Shown: positions 62,661-64,000 of the stretch, piece after piece
Layout: every line of letters starts with the position of its first letter
Numbering within the stretch: the first letter of the stretch is position 1
Assembly: GCA_028023455.1 (NCBI GenBank)
Contig: JAQFVV010000006.1
Location: forward strand, 8,742,001 to 8,806,000
DNA from: Epiperipatus broadwayi
Lineage: Eukaryota; Animalia; Onychophora
Length of the DNA stretch: 64,000 nucleotides
Direction: 5' to 3'
The notes under the pieces: generated by a model
The model's input: only the letters and a program-made list of their open reading frames with translations
What the model was told of the DNA's origin: nothing
The model's database searches: none
Position numbers and translations under genes: made by a program

Positions 62661-63186
62661 TATTTAATAACTATTTTTATAGTATATTATCTAATAATGC
62701 AGCTAGATTAATGCTTTGATTTAAAACATTTAATTTTTAGACCAAGATAAGACAACAAAAACGAATATTCAGCGATGTAATTTCTAAGATACGGGGACCA
62801 GTGCTGATTTGTTTTCTGCAGGCTAATTTGCTTACATTTTTCTTATAATTTTCTTCAGTTATTAACATTATTACTGATATGAAAGTAAAATAATTCAATT
62901 TTTAGAAGCTAGATTACGATAATTCTGATTATTAATATAAAAATATTTTTTTCAATAGAAGCTATCTAGAATTGATCTCAATGAATGAAATCACTCTATC
63001 TTTTACTCAAATGGGCCAATAAGAGAATTTATCAGCTAGGAGTTTTCAAAGTTCCAATTATTTTTATCAAAAACCAAACAGCTGGTTCGAGTTCGCTTCC
63101 CGGTTAACGTATTTAACTTAAAAAAAAAAACTTAGACACTTTAATTGTAAAACTACGAAAGTATAAAAAAATTAATCCAGGTAAAA

Positions 63187-64000
63187 CAGTGTTCACAACT
63201 TTTGGGGGATAAAGTACGGGTGAATTTTAGACCTTAGGATGGCGTATAGCTGGTTAAAAGTTTTTCAAATTTGTATATGATGGAATGTAATAGAATTTAA
63301 GACAAACTATGTATTTGGCGTTTTTTTATTTATTTATTAAGGGTATCGTAGCATTTTACAACAATATATATATATGTAAAACATGAAAGATTGCTATATA
63401 TTTAATGAGTGTATACTTTAAATATAATTATACAATGTAAAAATATAAAAAAATTAAAGAATAAAATTTGAACATATATATTACAAAATAAAAATTATGA
63501 TATAAAAATATAGAAAATGAAAAAATATGTTTGAACGTAATTGGTTAATATTCTTTGGGTAGTTACAAAATATTTTAATTAATGTGATGTTTTCACTTGT
63601 TTATTTTTAACAAGATTAGAAATATCTGGTCCAATTTTGCTTAACTTAAAAACGAAGATCTGAATCAATGTTGAGCAAATTTCTATATTTGTTTTGTATC
63701 GCATTCATAGCAGAAAATCCACTTTCACACTTGTATGTGGTGTTGAATGGTGTTAAAAATATTAATGCTTGTTGAGAGAGTTGGGATATTCTTTCCGTGT
63801 TAATAGGCAAAATGAAAATAAGCTGATACTCTGAAATTTCAATCCACTGACACTAAAAAGTTCTATAAAAGACTCTTTTGCAATTATATTATCTGGAATC
63901 TCCTCTGTAAATGCAAAGGGATTGCAAATCCGACTTACAGCAATAAAATCTTCAGTAAAATATTTTTGAAAACAATTATACAAAGATTTTAAATGGACCT
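63187..64000 (-). mobile_element. hAT (Buster/Charlie) transposon 3' end, continuing beyond the window
   Basis: Minus translation RICNPF...FIEL...KEYP...PFNTTYKCESGFSAM...KYRNLL...DLR; terminal CAGTGTTCACAACT preceded by AGGTAAAA (nnnTAnnn). Confidence 0.8.

Overview
This is AT-rich eukaryotic DNA, most likely arthropod (inferred from protein similarity and TE content, species not determinable). The only host gene is the 3' part of MED13 (Mediator subunit 13/skuld) on the + strand. It has 12 GT-AG exons from 5816 to the stop at 41630, 2268 nt in total (755 aa plus stop), all phase-compatible. A long, TE-poor putative 3'UTR follows. Introns and downstream DNA hold TE relics: hAT, pogo/Tigger, RTE LINEs, Sola-like MITEs, a Penelope GIY-YIG fragment, and a 6.2-kb Merlin (IS1595-like) transposon with ~1-kb TIRs. 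The main unannotated signal is RNA-level: about a dozen minimal type I hammerhead ribozyme (HHR) motifs or remnants in four unrelated repeat families. Each family has its own palindromic helix III (ACCGGU, AUCCGGAU/AUACGUAU, ACUAGU, AGCGCU), and most sit in head-to-head Penelope/retrozyme-like repeats. Highlights are a fully canonical HHR (61432-61477), an A3-U8 compensatory core variant next to the GIY-YIG ORF (9795-9835), and two sense-strand intronic HHRs (15972 and 23638) that on paper complement each other into a perfect dimeric ribozyme within the MED13 pre-mRNA. All structures were derived by eye, no folding or database search was run, and TE boundaries are approximate unless TIRs are quoted.
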